64,000 nucleotides of DNA, taken from positions 101,184,001 through 101,248,000 of the forward strand of contig OZ024745.1 in assembly GCA_964016885.1 (NCBI GenBank), given 5' to 3'. Source of the DNA: Eledone cirrhosa. Lineage: Eukaryota. The notes under the pieces were generated by a model. It had not been told where the DNA came from. It saw only the letters and a program-made list of their open reading frames with translations, and did not search any database. A program made the translations under genes and the position numbers. Shown piece after piece: positions 50,729 to 63,836 of this stretch (within the stretch, counting starts at the first letter, position 1; each line of letters opens with the position of its first letter).

Positions 50729-52989
50729 GTCATCGTGACTGTCGTCGTGGTCACCGACACTTCATTATCATCCCACCTCCACCATCATCATCCTCATCAT
50801 CATCATTTACATCATCCACAAATGATATCATTGTCGTCGTCAGCATTATCATAATTACAACAGATTCAATCGTCATCATTATTCTGACTGTCATCGACTT
50901 TATAGTCGCTGACATTAGCTAACCCCCCACCCCCCACGCCCCCACATCAATCGACATCGCCATTATTGTGTTACCTATGTTGCTATGAATGTCTCTCCAA
51001 TCATGTTTCTTTAATCATTATATTTTTAATATTTAACTTACAAATATGGTTATAAGTAGCTTTCGTCTCCTCTCCCCCCCTCCCCCCATCTCTCTAACAC
51101 ACTCACACACACGTATACGTAATGAAGACACTATTATTCAGGCATAAGGCGACGGACACTCCAAGAGTCATGAAATACGGAATAATTCCTGCGTCCTGCC
51201 CGATTTAAAATGCCGGTTCAAAATCCCGATTCAAAATCCTGATTCAGCTATGTGGCGAGAAACCAATGTAACGGCGAAAATAAAAAGATAATAGTAATCA
51301 TTTCTAGTCTAGGCACAAGGTCAACATTTTTTAAGGGGGAGGTGTAAAACGACCTAGAACTTGCTTGTAATAACGAGTGATATACATGCATATGCACACA
51401 CTCACACACACACATATATATATATATAATAATAATAATAATTGCGTAAAACTATCCTGTATTACAGCCCCACATTATACCCTAACGTATAGTACGAACA
51501 ATACGCGGATATTTTACGTCTTGATGTGGTAGCTAAGTATATTTTATGTTTATACCATTACTCATTTGTATAGGTATGTATATCTTACTCGTATGTTTTG
51601 TGAAGGTACGTATACTTTCTCGTACGTATATATGCTCGTATTTATGTATGTATATTTATATACGTTTATATAATTATATGTATACACACACACACACACA
51701 CACGCACACACATATATATATATATTTTATGTGTATTTGGTGTATACGTTCGTATGTGTGCGGGTACATGTGTCGCGCGGGTTTATGTATGTGTGGGCGT
51801 GTTTATGTGTACGTGCATGTATATGCATGCATGGCAGGTGTTTCCGCGTATGCACATGTATGTACGTATATGAGTGCGTGTATGTATATATTTAATTATT
51901 ATTGTTTTTTCTCTGTCATTTTCGTTCTACTAATTTATTTACATTATTCTTATCTCTGAAGCCGAGAATCATTCGGTTTCCTAAATAGAATATTAGTCTA
52001 CGACTTTATTTATACCATAAACGTGGTTTTGTCTTTGCGTGTATTTGTTTTCATCGCTTTACATAATGACATATTATCTTCGCTTTTTTCCGTTCATTGC
52101 CAGGGAACGTCTTCACGAACCAAAGTATCGCCTTCCTGTTTTCCTTCGGTTGCAACGTTTTTCAAAATATTTACTTTGCGTTCACAGATTGATTTTTTTA
52201 GTTTTAGAAGATCCCGTTAAGGGATTCTTAGTCTTTCTTTTTAGATAGTTACATAAATATAACGTTGCGCCCTTATAATATCTGTCTGTATGTCTGGCTG
52301 TCTGTATTACGACATTATGACGCTATATGTCTGTATATATGTATATATAGTGTGTGTGTATATATATATATAGTGTGTAACGTTTTTCGAAATATTTACT
52401 TCTGCGTTCACAGATTGATTTTTTTAGTTTCAGAAGATGCCGTTAAGGGTGAAACAGCGATTCTTTGCTTAAACTTTAATCTGTTATCTTAATATATATA
52501 TATACATCCATACATACATACATATATATATATTATGTGTATTTGGTGTATACGTTCGTATATGTGCGGCGGGTACATGTATCGCGCGGATTTATGTATG
52601 TGGGCGTTAAGGCGTTAAACAATAATATATTATATATAAAAATATATAAAGTTTTTCATCGAGTTAAATGTTTCTAATAATTCTCTTAAGAAAATTTATG
52701 CCAAGCTGAAATGATTTTTTTACCCTCCTCCCTACCAATATATAACTTTACTATAGCCCAGTATAAAATAATTGAAATGAAAAACATACATATTCAATAT
52801 ACAAATCTCACAACGTCATAGAAAAACATTGACATCATATAAGAATTATTGGACAGTATCTAATAAAAAAAACAAAAAAACACTCTGTTAAAGGGAACAT
52901 AAAAAAAGTAAAAAAGGAAAATAAAAATAAAAATAGAATCAAACGACGAAAGAAAGGCAGAGAGAGGGGGACAGACAATACACCTCAGG

Positions 52990-54150
52990 CTGAACAGTGC
53001 CTTAGCTATGCCCTACGGAGAAATGGCAAATGTATTACCTCAGAGAATGGCCAGAGACACACACTGCAACAGCCACTCCACCTCATGGGGCTCCCTTCTC
53101 AAGCGAGCCGCCGTCTTTCCGACTTTAGGGAAGAAATCAGCAGTGCAGGGACCAAGGCGTCTATATATCTCAGCTGGGACCGGTACAAAGTTGCAGCGGT
53201 TGGTCAGGCCCTGGTATTTGAATATCTTCATCTCCTCTGCATTGCGGGCCATGAAGCCCGGGTTTCTGGCCGAAGTGATAAGGTTGGAGGCAGAGAACGA
53301 GTCGATGAACGGCGCGTCACAAATTAAGGATTTACCTTCATAGAAAGGAAAGAGGGTTAATCCGTCGGGCCGATTGCTATCACCACGGTCGAGGCCAGCG
53401 GGCTCCAGTTGTGACGGGAAACCGACTGCGTCGAGGCTCCTTCTGGTGATGTTCAGAGCGGCGTGACGGGGGAGCCGGCCTGCACTAAGGCTGCAAGATA
53501 ACAGGCGCAAGCCGAACTCATCGACCACTGCTCCACAACGGCATCTGTGTGGCTCACACATGTGGAGGCCGAGACGCTGTTCCATTTCAATACAGATGCA
53601 ATCCTCATCAATAAGGGTACCGGTTGATGGGGGAAGGCTCCAAATTGACCCAAGCGCCAATGTTTGGTTGCTAGGCGGAACGTAGGCTGTTGAGACGCTG
53701 TTGGTCCGAGGAAATCTCGATCAATCTGAAGGTAAAGTTGCACTTCACGTAGTCGCACTTATGTTGGACATCGGGACACTGGGGGCCAGTAAGGCCTTTG
53801 TCGGTCCAATGAGCTGTCGTTTTGTGAAGGATCTCGTTGATAAAGGTGTGATTGGTTAAGACTGAGGAGAGATAGGCCGACATGACCAAGTCATAAGTGG
53901 ATCACAGACCGAGACCGCCAAATCTCATTGAGAGTTTCGCCTGTTGTCAGCCGACTCTGTCAAAGCGAACATTGCAGATGAACTCGGTACAGTGTCGGAT
54001 GGTGGCATCGAGTTCGACGAGTCGATCTGCTCGAAGGTGGCAAGACGAATCTCGTAGCATGACGAGGAATTTTGGGAAAGTAAAGCAGTTCCTCGGGAGA
54101 TAGAACATCGGGTGCGCATCGATGTGGCATAATCTCACCCTCCACCCCCA
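52990..54150 (-). mobile_element. Degenerate CRE-like non-LTR retrotransposon 3' part (restriction-like endonuclease)
   Basis: CRCG..VD..G..LLSC..AGRLPRHAALN, LEP.GLDRGDSNRPDGLT, WLLQCVSLAI; GGLG motif upstream; frameshifted. Confidence 0.8.
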
Positions 54151-54559
54151 TCACATCTGCATCCTTGGTTTCCAAACCACGAAATAAATATTATATGGAT
54201 AACATCTAACGCTGAAGAAGAAACGGCAAGAAAGTTACAAAAAAGTAAAACATTCATCTTGGATAAATTAAATAAAAGTATGAAACTACAATAACAACAA
54301 ATCTAAATAGTCCACTACTTGCATTGACTAGATTTGATTGACTTTCAAGTATTTAAACTTTTTAAGTTACACATACATGATTATTTCTAAATTTCTGAGT
54401 ATTGCAATACTTATAGAAGTAAGGATGAAACAATATGTCTGTTTCTGCAAAGGAAACATCAAATTATATTTATTCTATGAAATCAATGTAAACCAGTGAA
54501 ACACTTGAACATTATTGAACGTGAGCTTTCCTATTTTATGAATAAGTAGTTATATACAT

Positions 54560-55228
54560 TCCTTTGCGCTAACATCATTAGCATATCACTCAATTCGTGG
54601 ATTCAATTTCATTTTATCATTTGGAAAATAAAATTCTACCACACTATTAAATTCCTCGCACCAGAGATAGATCACAAGAATCACAAGCTTGCTTAGCTTT
54701 ATATTTACGACTGTGATCATTTTGTAAAATGGGATACATCAGTTAAAACAATTCTTCAACTGACAACTATAAAAGCAGCTATAGAACTTCAATTCACATA
54801 AGATATCCAGGTTATCCTCCGTGTTAACAAGACATCGAAACGCATTGAGATCAATTGTCAATCATATAAATCTTCCATTGGTATTAAATCACGTTTTCAT
54901 TATAACCAGAACATTGATGATTATAAAGAATACTGTTGCTATACTCTATGACAGATTGAGAGAAGGCTTCGAATAATATTTGTTAACGATTCTACTGATC
55001 TCTTCACTAAAATGTTGCTGTTTTTACAGCCCAGTTTGAGATTAATAGTAACTTATACTAAACTATATGTTTGCTATATTTCTTGCTAGGTTAGGTCTGG
55101 TGGAATATGAGAGCTTAATTCTGTTTCTGTTGAGAATGGTGCAATACTTATGGTGTATGATGAAGTGTTTCGTAAGTAAGATGAATTTTCTAGGTATTGG
55201 TGTGAATACTGCTATGTAGAAGGGGAGT
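54560..55228 (-). mobile_element. Highly degenerate Naiad-like PLE fragment
   Basis: Minus strand KHF..HKY..ILNRNRIKLSYSTRPNLA aligns by eye with IFNRHTIKLSYSTTMNLA of the 28 kb element. Confidence 0.6.
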
Positions 55229-55278
55229 TATATATATATATATAGTAAAAAATAAAAGTTACGGGCGAAAGAGGGTAA

Positions 55279-55354
55279 TATCCATCGTCAGTTGTCTGCT
55301 AGGAATTATAGGTATTTCTTCGCGTTAGAGACAAGATACCTCAGCCTAGGGCGA
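55279..55354 (-). ncRNA. Candidate permuted hammerhead copy 3, 3' part (5' part displaced to 56629-56656 by an RTE insertion)
   Basis: Minus strand TCGC-C-CTAGG-CTGA-GGTAT-C-TTGTCT-CTAAC-GCGA-A-GAA-ATACC-TATAATT-CCTAG-C-AGACAA-CTGACGA-T-GGATA. Confidence 0.65.
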
Positions 55355-56618
55355 CTCAGACTCAGACTCAGAAACTCCCGCGTCTTGCGACGCATGAGGC
55401 AATCATAGTGTTCCACCGCGTTCGGTCAGCAGCCAGTTGCACAGCGTCCCGCCATTGTCTGTTTGTCGCTCGCAGGTCCCTCTCAACTGTCTGGCGCCAA
55501 TTCATTTTGGCTCGCCCTCTCCGTCTGCTTCCCTGTGGGTTCCATTTAAGTACCTAGTTCGCCAGTCTCTCCGGGGGAAGTCTCAAAGTGTGCCCAAACC
55601 AGCCCAGGCGTCGCCTGCAGATGGCAGAACAGACCAGCTGCTGGTTGGTGCGGTTCCTGACTTCCTGGTTTGTTACATGGTCACTCCATTTAATCCCCAG
55701 GATCTTTCGCAGACACCTGGAATCGAATGCATCCAACTTCTTCTCTTGGCTGCTCTTAAGGTGCCATGTTTCACTTCCGTACAAGAGTGTGGACAGCACG
55801 TTGCTGTTGTAGAATCTCATCTTTGTTTTGAGGGTGAACTTCCTGCTCTTCCAGATCTTGACAGGCTGGTTAAATGCTGCTGAAGCCTTTCCCATTCTAC
55901 ATTGCAATTCACTGTCCATGGCGCCCTCATTGTCAATGGAGCTTCCTAGGTAGGTGAAGTTGTACACTATCTACACCTCCCTCTGTTCAATGAAGACACT
56001 GGTTAGTGGTGGGTGTGTCCCAGATAACATGCTTTTGGTCTTCTTAGCACTGATATTGAGACCTAAGCTTCCTGCTTCGACATTGATATTGTTCACGATG
56101 ATTTGCAGGTCATCTGTGCTCTCTGCAAGTGCAACAATATCGTCCGCAAAGTCCAGGTCAGACAACTTTTGCTTCCCACCCAAGATATACCCTGGTCTTT
56201 AGACGCTATTCTTAGTACCCAGTCAATGGCTATGGCAAAGAGAATTGCAGAGAGCGAGCAACCCTGACGTACACCAGTAACCACCTCAAACCAGTCACTG
56301 TAACCATCCTCTGTCCGTATGCAGCACTTGGAGTTTGCGTAAATCTGTTTGATTGCCGAAATGACTTTCTGGGGCAGACCATACTCATGCATGATGCTCC
56401 AGAGTGACGGTCGATGAATGCTATCGAATGCTTTGGAGAAATCGATGAAGCTGACGGCGAGGGGGCCTCTGGAATTCGTTGTACCTCTCAATGATGCGGC
56501 GTAACGTAAAGATCTGCTCTGCACAGGAACGTTTTGGTTGGAACCCTGCCTGTTGTTCTCGCAGTTCCCGGTCTACCATGCCACGCTGCGGTTCAGGATC
56601 ATCAGACAATAGACATTC
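55355..56618 (-). mobile_element. 5'-truncated RTE-clade LINE with 10-bp TSD
   Basis: EQQAGFQPKRSCAEQIFTLR, FIDFSKAFDS, GVRQGCSLS, DLDFADD, FTYLGS, LLYGSETW; (CTGAGT)n tail; CCTAGGGCGA at 55345-55354 and 56619-56628. Confidence 0.93.
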
Positions 56619-56749
56619 CCTAGGGCGAACAATAACTAAAATAAGTTATTGGGATAAAAAAGGGGGTGGGGGGTGAAGCAATATATATATATATATAATA
56701 TATATATATATATTTGTCGAAAAGAATATATGTGTGCGTGTGTCTGTGT

Positions 56750-56849
<100 letters not shown>

Positions 56850-57067
56850 GTGTGTGTGTGTGTCGAAAAGAAATATATATACTGATAAAAAAAAGAAACA
56901 AAAAATATTTCATCAAATATATTAAAAGTATATATTTTTACATCAAACAAGTTTGCACACAGTATCGTTATTATAATCCAGAAAGGTCTATCGGTTCTAT
57001 TTCTTGCTCTAACCTCCCATCTCTAACCTTTCATCCCTTATTCTTCCGCTCTGATGTTTCTTATTGA

Positions 57068-57884
57068 CTAGTATCACTTTGTGTTTCATCCACCACCCTT
57101 ATCTGACCCACTATATTACTATTCCGCTGTACCTGATCCACCACCGCAATCTGACTCACTATACCAATATCACTTTATGTTTGATCCACCTCCTCTATCC
57201 GATCCACTGTATCAGTATCACTTTGTGTCTGATCCACCGCCGCTATCTGATCCACTATATCAGAATCACTTTATGTTTGATCCACCTCCTCTATCTGATC
57301 CACTGTATCAGTATCACTTTGTGTCTGATCCACCGCCGCTATCTGATCCACTATATCAGTATCACTTTATGTTTGATCCACCTCCTCTATCTGATCCACT
57401 GTATCAGTATCACTTTGTGTCTGATCCACCGCCGCTATCTGATCCACTATATCAGTATCACTTTATGTTTGATCCACCTCCTCTATCTGATCCACTGTAT
57501 CAGTATCACTTTGTGTCTGATCCACCACCGCTATTTGATCCACTATATCAGTATCACTTTATGTTTGATCCACCACCTCTATCTGATCCACTGTATCAGT
57601 ATCACTTTGTGTCTGATCCACCACCGCTATTTGATCCACTATATCAGTATCACTTTATGTTTGATCCACCACCTCTATCTGATCCACTGTATCAGTATCA
57701 CTTTGTGTCTGATCCACCACCGCTATTTGATCCACTATATCAGTATCACTTTATGTTTGATCCACCACCTCTATCTGATCCACTGTATCAGTATCACTTT
57801 GTGTCTGATCCACCACCGCTATTTGATCCACTATATCAGTATCACTTTATGTTTGATCCACCACCACTATCTGACCCACTATAT
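57068..57884. repeat. 48-bp minisatellite (about 17 units) with 96-bp A/B higher-order alternation
   Basis: Unit CAGTATCACTTTRTGTYTGATCCACCNCCNCTATYTGATCCACTRTAT. Confidence 0.95.
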
Positions 57885-58159
57885 GCGGTGCGTACTTCAA
57901 TCTGGGTGGTCGGAATAGCAAAGTTCATAGTTAACATATGGTTAATGTGATTGACATTACTATGTATACCCCAACCAGACTTTAGGTCTCCATAACAAGT
58001 TATAGTTGATTTATTATCAGGGTAATTCATCTTCGATAAAAACATTGCACTCAGTTAATACCAACACAGACCACCAGCTACTCTTAAACTATATTGGTCT
58101 GGGAGGATCTGGGAAGGTCATGGACTCAAACTATTGATCTAAATCAATCCACCAAATAA

Positions 58160-58375
58160 ATAATGATTTCTGATTTAGGCACAAGGCCAGCAACCTTTTT
58201 TCGGGAGGGGGGGCATTAAATCGACCCAGTGCGTGGCTGGTAGTTTATTTTATCGACCCAGTAAGGATGAAAGGCAAAGCTAACCTCGGCAGGATTTGAA
58301 CTCAGAACGTAAAGTGCCGTAAGTCTATGCAGCAAAGCATGTTGTCCAATGCTCTTTTGATACTGCCAATCCACA
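58160..58375 (-). mobile_element. tRNA-derived SINE (long-tail variant)
   Basis: Family head and tail; ATCCACMAAATAAATAAT flanks. Confidence 0.82.
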
Positions 58376-58504
58376 AAATAAATAATCAATATATTCAATG
58401 ACTTATCTTCAGACGTACATACCCGATTTAACCCAATTTAATTAATTTAGAAAATTAATTAAGCAACAGGACCATAATTCAGATTTTTTGAAAATTATAT
58501 AAAT

Positions 58505-58720
58505 CTTCGTACGGATCGCCGTCGAGACCTCAGGCGTACTTGGAATCCCATACTGCCGAGTTCCTCTGCAAGATCGGAACGTCGGTGGCCCATCTGAGGA
58601 GGGAGCCCCACGAGGTTTAGGTGGCTGTTGCAGCAGGTGTCACTGGCCATCGTCCGCGGGAATGCTTTTGCCGTCTTGTCCGCGGAGTGCAGCACTTCTG
58701 CTCCCTTGCCCTAGGCCTAA
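58505..58720 (+). mobile_element. CRE-like LINE 3' fragment
   Basis: VETSGVLG..HTAEFLCKIG..LRREPHEV..WLLQQVSLAIVRGNA, homologous to 53010-53190. Confidence 0.75.
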
Positions 58721-58887
58721 AGCCCATTCACCCTCCCCCTTCACTCCCTCTCTTCTGTGACACCAGAGCTCTTGTCTTCCCCAACCCTTCCTGTTATTTT
58801 TCTTGCTCTTTCTCTTTTTTCTCTGTTTCCCTATTCATTCTTTCCTTTTGTTTCCTTTTTTTTTTATTATTGCCGTTATTATGGTTG

Positions 58888-59292
58888 TCACCCTCATCAA
58901 CTCCTTCAAGTTCCAACTGGAAAGGAAGGTGAGGGTGGAGAGAGAAGTGCTGCCCTCCAGTACATTCGCTGAAAGGTGGGTGAACGTGGCGAGAGTGGCC
59001 CGTGTTAGTGGGCCTACTCTGACTGATCATGCGCCTGTAGGCTGGTGAATTTGAGGAGGAGAGGGGTGCCCTTCCCGGGTGCCATCGAAGCGTCAGGTGG
59101 TTCAGGATTGGTGGGGTACCTGAATCAACCCTGGGTGGTTATCCCCTCTATTGGGGAATTTTCATTATTGTATTTTTCTTGTTTCTTGTTTTTGTTTTCC
59201 TATTTTTTTACTCGATTTTTGTGTAAAACCCCCACTGTCCCCATCTATTGTATTGTCCCCTATATGTCGGCTCTTGTGGCCAATAACTAAAA
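58888..59292 (+). mobile_element. Tx1-clade LINE 3' fragment (different subfamily)
   Basis: RKVRVEREVLPSSTFAERWVNVARVARVSGPTL matches the ORF2 end at about 36750-36868; similar 3' UTR. Confidence 0.85.
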
Positions 59293-59307
59293 TCATTATT
59301 ATTATTA

Positions 59308-59905
59308 GGGCGGTGGATTGGCAGTATCTGTAGAGGGTCGGACGCCATGCTTTCCAGCATAGTTACGTCCCTTTACGATCTGAGTTCAAATCCCGCCGAG
59401 GTTGACTTTGCCTTTCATCCTTACGGGGTCGATAAAATAAAGTACCAGTAATGTACTGGGTAATTGCTGGCCTTGTGCCTAAAGTAGAAACAATTATTAT
59501 TGTTGTTAAGGGCAGTGGATTAGCAGTATCGATAGAAGGTTGGACGCCATGCTTTGCAGCATAGAGTTACGCCCCTTCACGAGTTCAAATCTCGCCGAGG
59601 TTGACTTTGCCTTTCATCCTTACGGGGTCGATAAAATAAAGTACCAGTAATACACTGGGATAATTGCTGGCCTTGTGCCAAAAAGTAGAAATATTTATTG
59701 TTGTTATTACTGTAAATAATTGTTTCTACTTTTGGAACAAGGCCAGGAATTACTTCAGTGCATTACTGGTACTTTATTTTATCGACCCCGTATGGAGGAA
59801 AGGCAAAGTTAACCTATGCGGGATTTGAACTCAGAATGACAAGGGCTGTAACTCTATGCATCAAAGCATGGCGTCCAACCCTCTACCGATACTGCCAATT
59901 CACCG
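59308..59905. mobile_element. SINE cluster (59308-59497 +, 59510-59692 +, 59716-59905 -)
   Basis: Three family copies joined by ATT-rich tails. Confidence 0.88.
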
Positions 59906-60845
59906 CAGTTGTTACTGTAAATAATATCAGGTTGATGTTAAATAAATATTAAATATATTAATATATCAATATGAAAGTTAGAAATGCGACAGACATACAC
60001 ATTATATCTCAAGAATATATAAGTAAAAGAAAATCTGCAGATTTCAGATGAGACAGTTCAACTAGTTTCCATGTTTTGTATTTTAGTGATTGTTATGTTG
60101 TCCAAGCCATTCCTGGTCGACTGACTATACCCATAAGGGTGTTACAACTCTGGACATTCCGTTCTTTTTTTATTTTTAGAGTATTATAACATTATCTAAT
60201 GTGTCATATTTTTAAAACAGTTGTGTTATAAAAAAGATTTGGCTGCAATTTCAAGCAGCCCTTTCTTTGGATCATTTGGGGTACTTCGTTATTGGATTCA
60301 CTGTCTTGAACACTAATTCAAAAAAAAAAAAAAAAAAAAAAAAGCTAAACTTTACAAAAATAGAACAAAATATATTGATTCGTTCAAATTAAATTTGTCA
60401 GGCGACCATGAAAATATACTAAACATTCGTTGTGAAGTCTAGCAGGAAAATGTTGTCACTCGGTCAGTAACCAACTCTTGTTAATGAAAATGAATATTCA
60501 AGAGAGTGTAATATAACCTAAACCTTCATAAATACACAAATAGTATTTGCAATAACACATCGACACATACATATATTCCTCTCTATATCTTTGGCTCCTA
60601 CACATAAGTAATTTGTGTATATGTACATAATACTTAATAGTTGATTTCTCTATTCTGAAAATGACTTTGGAACAAGTGAGGAGAAAATTCTATCGAGAAA
60701 CTTAATACATTATGTACATTCCTAAATTACTCTCAAGTCAGCATTATCAGCACGAACATAAATTTTGCAGTCTTCTCATTTCATTGGATTGAATTCTTTC
60801 TTTTATCAGTTTATATAATACTAATACTAATACTTATAATAAATC

Positions 60846-61625
60846 GGTGGATTGGCAGTATCGGTAGAGGGTCGGACGCCATGCTTTCCAGCATAGTTAC
60901 GTCCCTTTACGATCTGAGTTCAAATCCCGCCGAGGTTGACTTTGCCTTTCATCCTTACGGGGTCGATAAAATAAAGTACCAGTAATGCACTGGATAATTG
61001 CTGGCCTTGTGCCTAAAGTAGAAACAATTATTATTATATATAGGTGGTGGATTGGCAGTATCGGTAGAGGGTCGGACGCCATGCTTTCCAGTCTAGTTAC
61101 GTCCCTTTACGATCTGAGTTCAAATCCTGTCGAGGTTGACTTTGCCTTTCATCCTTACGGGGTCGATAAAATAAAGTACCAGTAATGCACTGGATAATTG
61201 CTGGCCTTGTGCCTAAAGTAGAAACAATTATTATTATATATAGGTGGTGGATTGGCAGTATCGGTAGAGGGTCGGACGCCATGCTTTCCAGCCTAGTTAC
61301 GTCCCTTTACGATCTGAGTTCAAATCCCGCCGAGGTTGACTTTGCCTTTCATCCTTACGGGGTCGATAAAATAAAGTACCAGTAATGCACTGGGTAATTG
61401 CTGGCCTTGTGCCTAAAGTAGAAACAATTATAAAGGGCGGTGGATTGGCAGTATCGGTAGAGGGTCGGACGCCATGCTTTCCAGCCTAGTTACGTCCCTT
61501 TACGATCTGAGTTCAAATCCCGCCGAGGTTGACTTTGCCTTTCATCCTTACGGGGTCGATAAAATAAAGTACCAGTAATGCTATGGGTAATTGCTGGCCT
61601 TGTGCCTAAAGTAGAAACAATTATT
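60846..61625 (+). mobile_element. Tandem array of four near-identical SINEs (200-bp period for the first three)
   Basis: Identical junction AATTATTATTATATATAGGTGGTGG between units 1/2 and 2/3. Confidence 0.93.
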
Positions 61626-62149
61626 ATTATATATAATATATTTTTGCTCTTTCTTAAATAAAATATTTATTTCACTATCTTTTGTTATAATTGTTATGTC
61701 AATATAGTTTGAATGACTCCTTCTGAAGAGACAACGATTAGATTTGTTTAGATGTTAAAGATCCGTCTTTGTCGAGACGAGACCACCCATTCAAAACCAT
61801 TTCATATACAAAGACGAAGAACAAAGAAAAAAACTACTCATCTTTGTTCCTAATTCCACTCCCAACTGTATTCAACATCATTTTACCATCACTTTAACCC
61901 CACCTTATTCAACATCAACTACACTTACAGCAACAAAATAAAAAAGATATTTAAAAATGCCAAAGCTAAACATATTGAAGAAAAAGCACTTTATGACTTC
62001 TAATTCTTTTTTTTTTTCTTTTGTTTTAATTTTTCTTGTTTTTCTAAAAATATATTCATAAAATGCTATTTTGATGACTCCATATGTTAAGAATCTTCTA
62101 TGTTTACTATTGTGTGCAACATTCTCGAGACAAAGAGTTACTAGATTAA

Positions 62150-62440
62150 CAACTAAAGTCTAACGTTTATCTCAAGCCCGGAGGCTCATTAAGCCTGTAT
62201 TTATCCTGGTTTCCTTGGCGTTAAACAACTGAATGTACGAGACTCCACCCTAGACGGGAGGTGAGTCCATTGTCGAGTAAAACCTTCAGTTTCCACTGGT
62301 ACCCCTTTTCAGGGGTGTATACTGGAACAATGTGAAATGGAGTGTTTTACATAAGAACGCAACACACAATCCGGTCCAGATATCGAGCCCACATAATTAT
62401 CGCAAGTCCAACACCCTAACCACTAGGCCATGCGCCTTCA
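62150..62440 (-). mobile_element. Second tRNA-derived SINE family (CORE-like)
   Basis: Minus strand AGGCGCATGGCCTAGTGGTTAGGGTG head, degenerate B box, CORE-like TGTGTTGCGTTCTTATGTAAAACAC. Confidence 0.65.
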
Positions 62441-63224
62441 AAACTGGTTCAACTAAAATGAGAATACTGTATTGTTTGATAGCAACTACAGTCATATAAC
62501 AAAGAATTCATGCATACGAACTTTTAAATGGGTTATTCTGTCACCAAAACTTTGAGGATTTCACATAATGACCTTACAATGTTTTTTTACTTGCGGCGAA
62601 TTGGCAGGGCCCTTAGAGCTCGGTATTTATTTCTGCTCTCCGATTTGTAATCCAACCGAGGTCGACCTTGCCTTTCTTTCTTTTGCAGTCGATAGATAAA
62701 TTACAAGTCCAGGTCCAGTGTATTGGTAGAAAATACATTATGAGATGCGTGGTTTTTAACTGACGCTTTACAAGCTGCATTCTTCCTTCCTCTTGGCTCA
62801 CTCCATACATGCACTTCTCCTTTTAGTATCAATACTGTGATTCACTCATCTCAATCATTCCTTCCCTATAGCTAAAACCTTTCGCAGATGCCTCCGTTAT
62901 CAATGTTTATTTCCAACAAAAGTTATCAAGAGAAATTCTAAATAAACACCAACTGTACGTATGCTACCAACCCTGAAGGGCCGACAAAGGTCATAAGTTA
63001 TCCTACATATTTTTTTGTCCAACATAATTGATAGCATGTGCGAGTGCTTCATTTTTGTTTTTTTAAGCTAATGGTGAAATAATGATTTTAAGTCCATGAA
63101 ACTTACTTATATTCTGTTTTTCCTATAAAGATACAAGCGTGTCTATACCACTGGCATAGATACATACACATTTCAATACACACACACACACACATGTATA
63201 TTTATCTATCAACCTACATATCAT

Positions 63225-63268
<44 letters not shown>

Positions 63269-63270
<2 letters not shown>

Positions 63271-63790
63271 GATTGGTGCTCTGAAATAGCGATGTATACA
63301 TGAATGTATACATAATATATTTGGCAATACACCGTATGTTTAATTAAAAACATTTTGAAGACCTTACGTTATCATTTTAAAGTAGTGATTATGTCACTTC
63401 TTTTCGGCGAAAGAAGACAGAGAAGCTAACAGTCAGTTCCATGCTGTTTGGCAATCATCAGAGCTACGTATATTGCCAAATATATTACGCATACATTCAT
63501 GTATACATCGCTATTTCAGAGCACCATCCTCATATTTAATTTTTGCTGGACCAGCAATCGGTCTGTATAATCAGATCCAGATTATTACTGGAATTCTATA
63601 AGAATCCAGCTTCTATAATTTTCGCCGGAAGAGGGCAGTACGTAGCTCTGATGATTGCCAGACAGCATGAAACAGACTGTTAATTTCTCTATCTTCTTTC
63701 GCCGAAAAGAAGTAAGTGACATAGTCACTACTTTAAAACGATAGCGCAAGGTCTTCAAAATGTTTTTAATTAAACATACGGTATATTGCC

Positions 63791-63792
<2 letters not shown>
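63269..63792 (+). mobile_element. Mini-PLE: about 315-bp monomer (63470-63790) preceded by an inverted partial copy (63269-63470)
   Basis: TATTGCCA terminal redundancy; inverted matches to both ends of the monomer; (TA)n on both sides. Confidence 0.8.
63644..63685 (+). ncRNA. Minimal type I hammerhead (partly decayed; antisense copy at about 63424-63465)
   Basis: AGCT-CTGATGA-T-TGC..GCA-T-GAAA-CAGACTG-T-T-A(A/G)(T/C)T; stem I AGCT/AGCT is intact in the inverted copy. Confidence 0.65.

Positions 63793-63836
<44 letters not shown>

Noticed and set aside
57064-57950. CRISPR-like array or 289-aa repeat protein
   Set aside because: Units are contiguous with no unique spacers, there are no cas genes, and the context is eukaryotic; it is a minisatellite.
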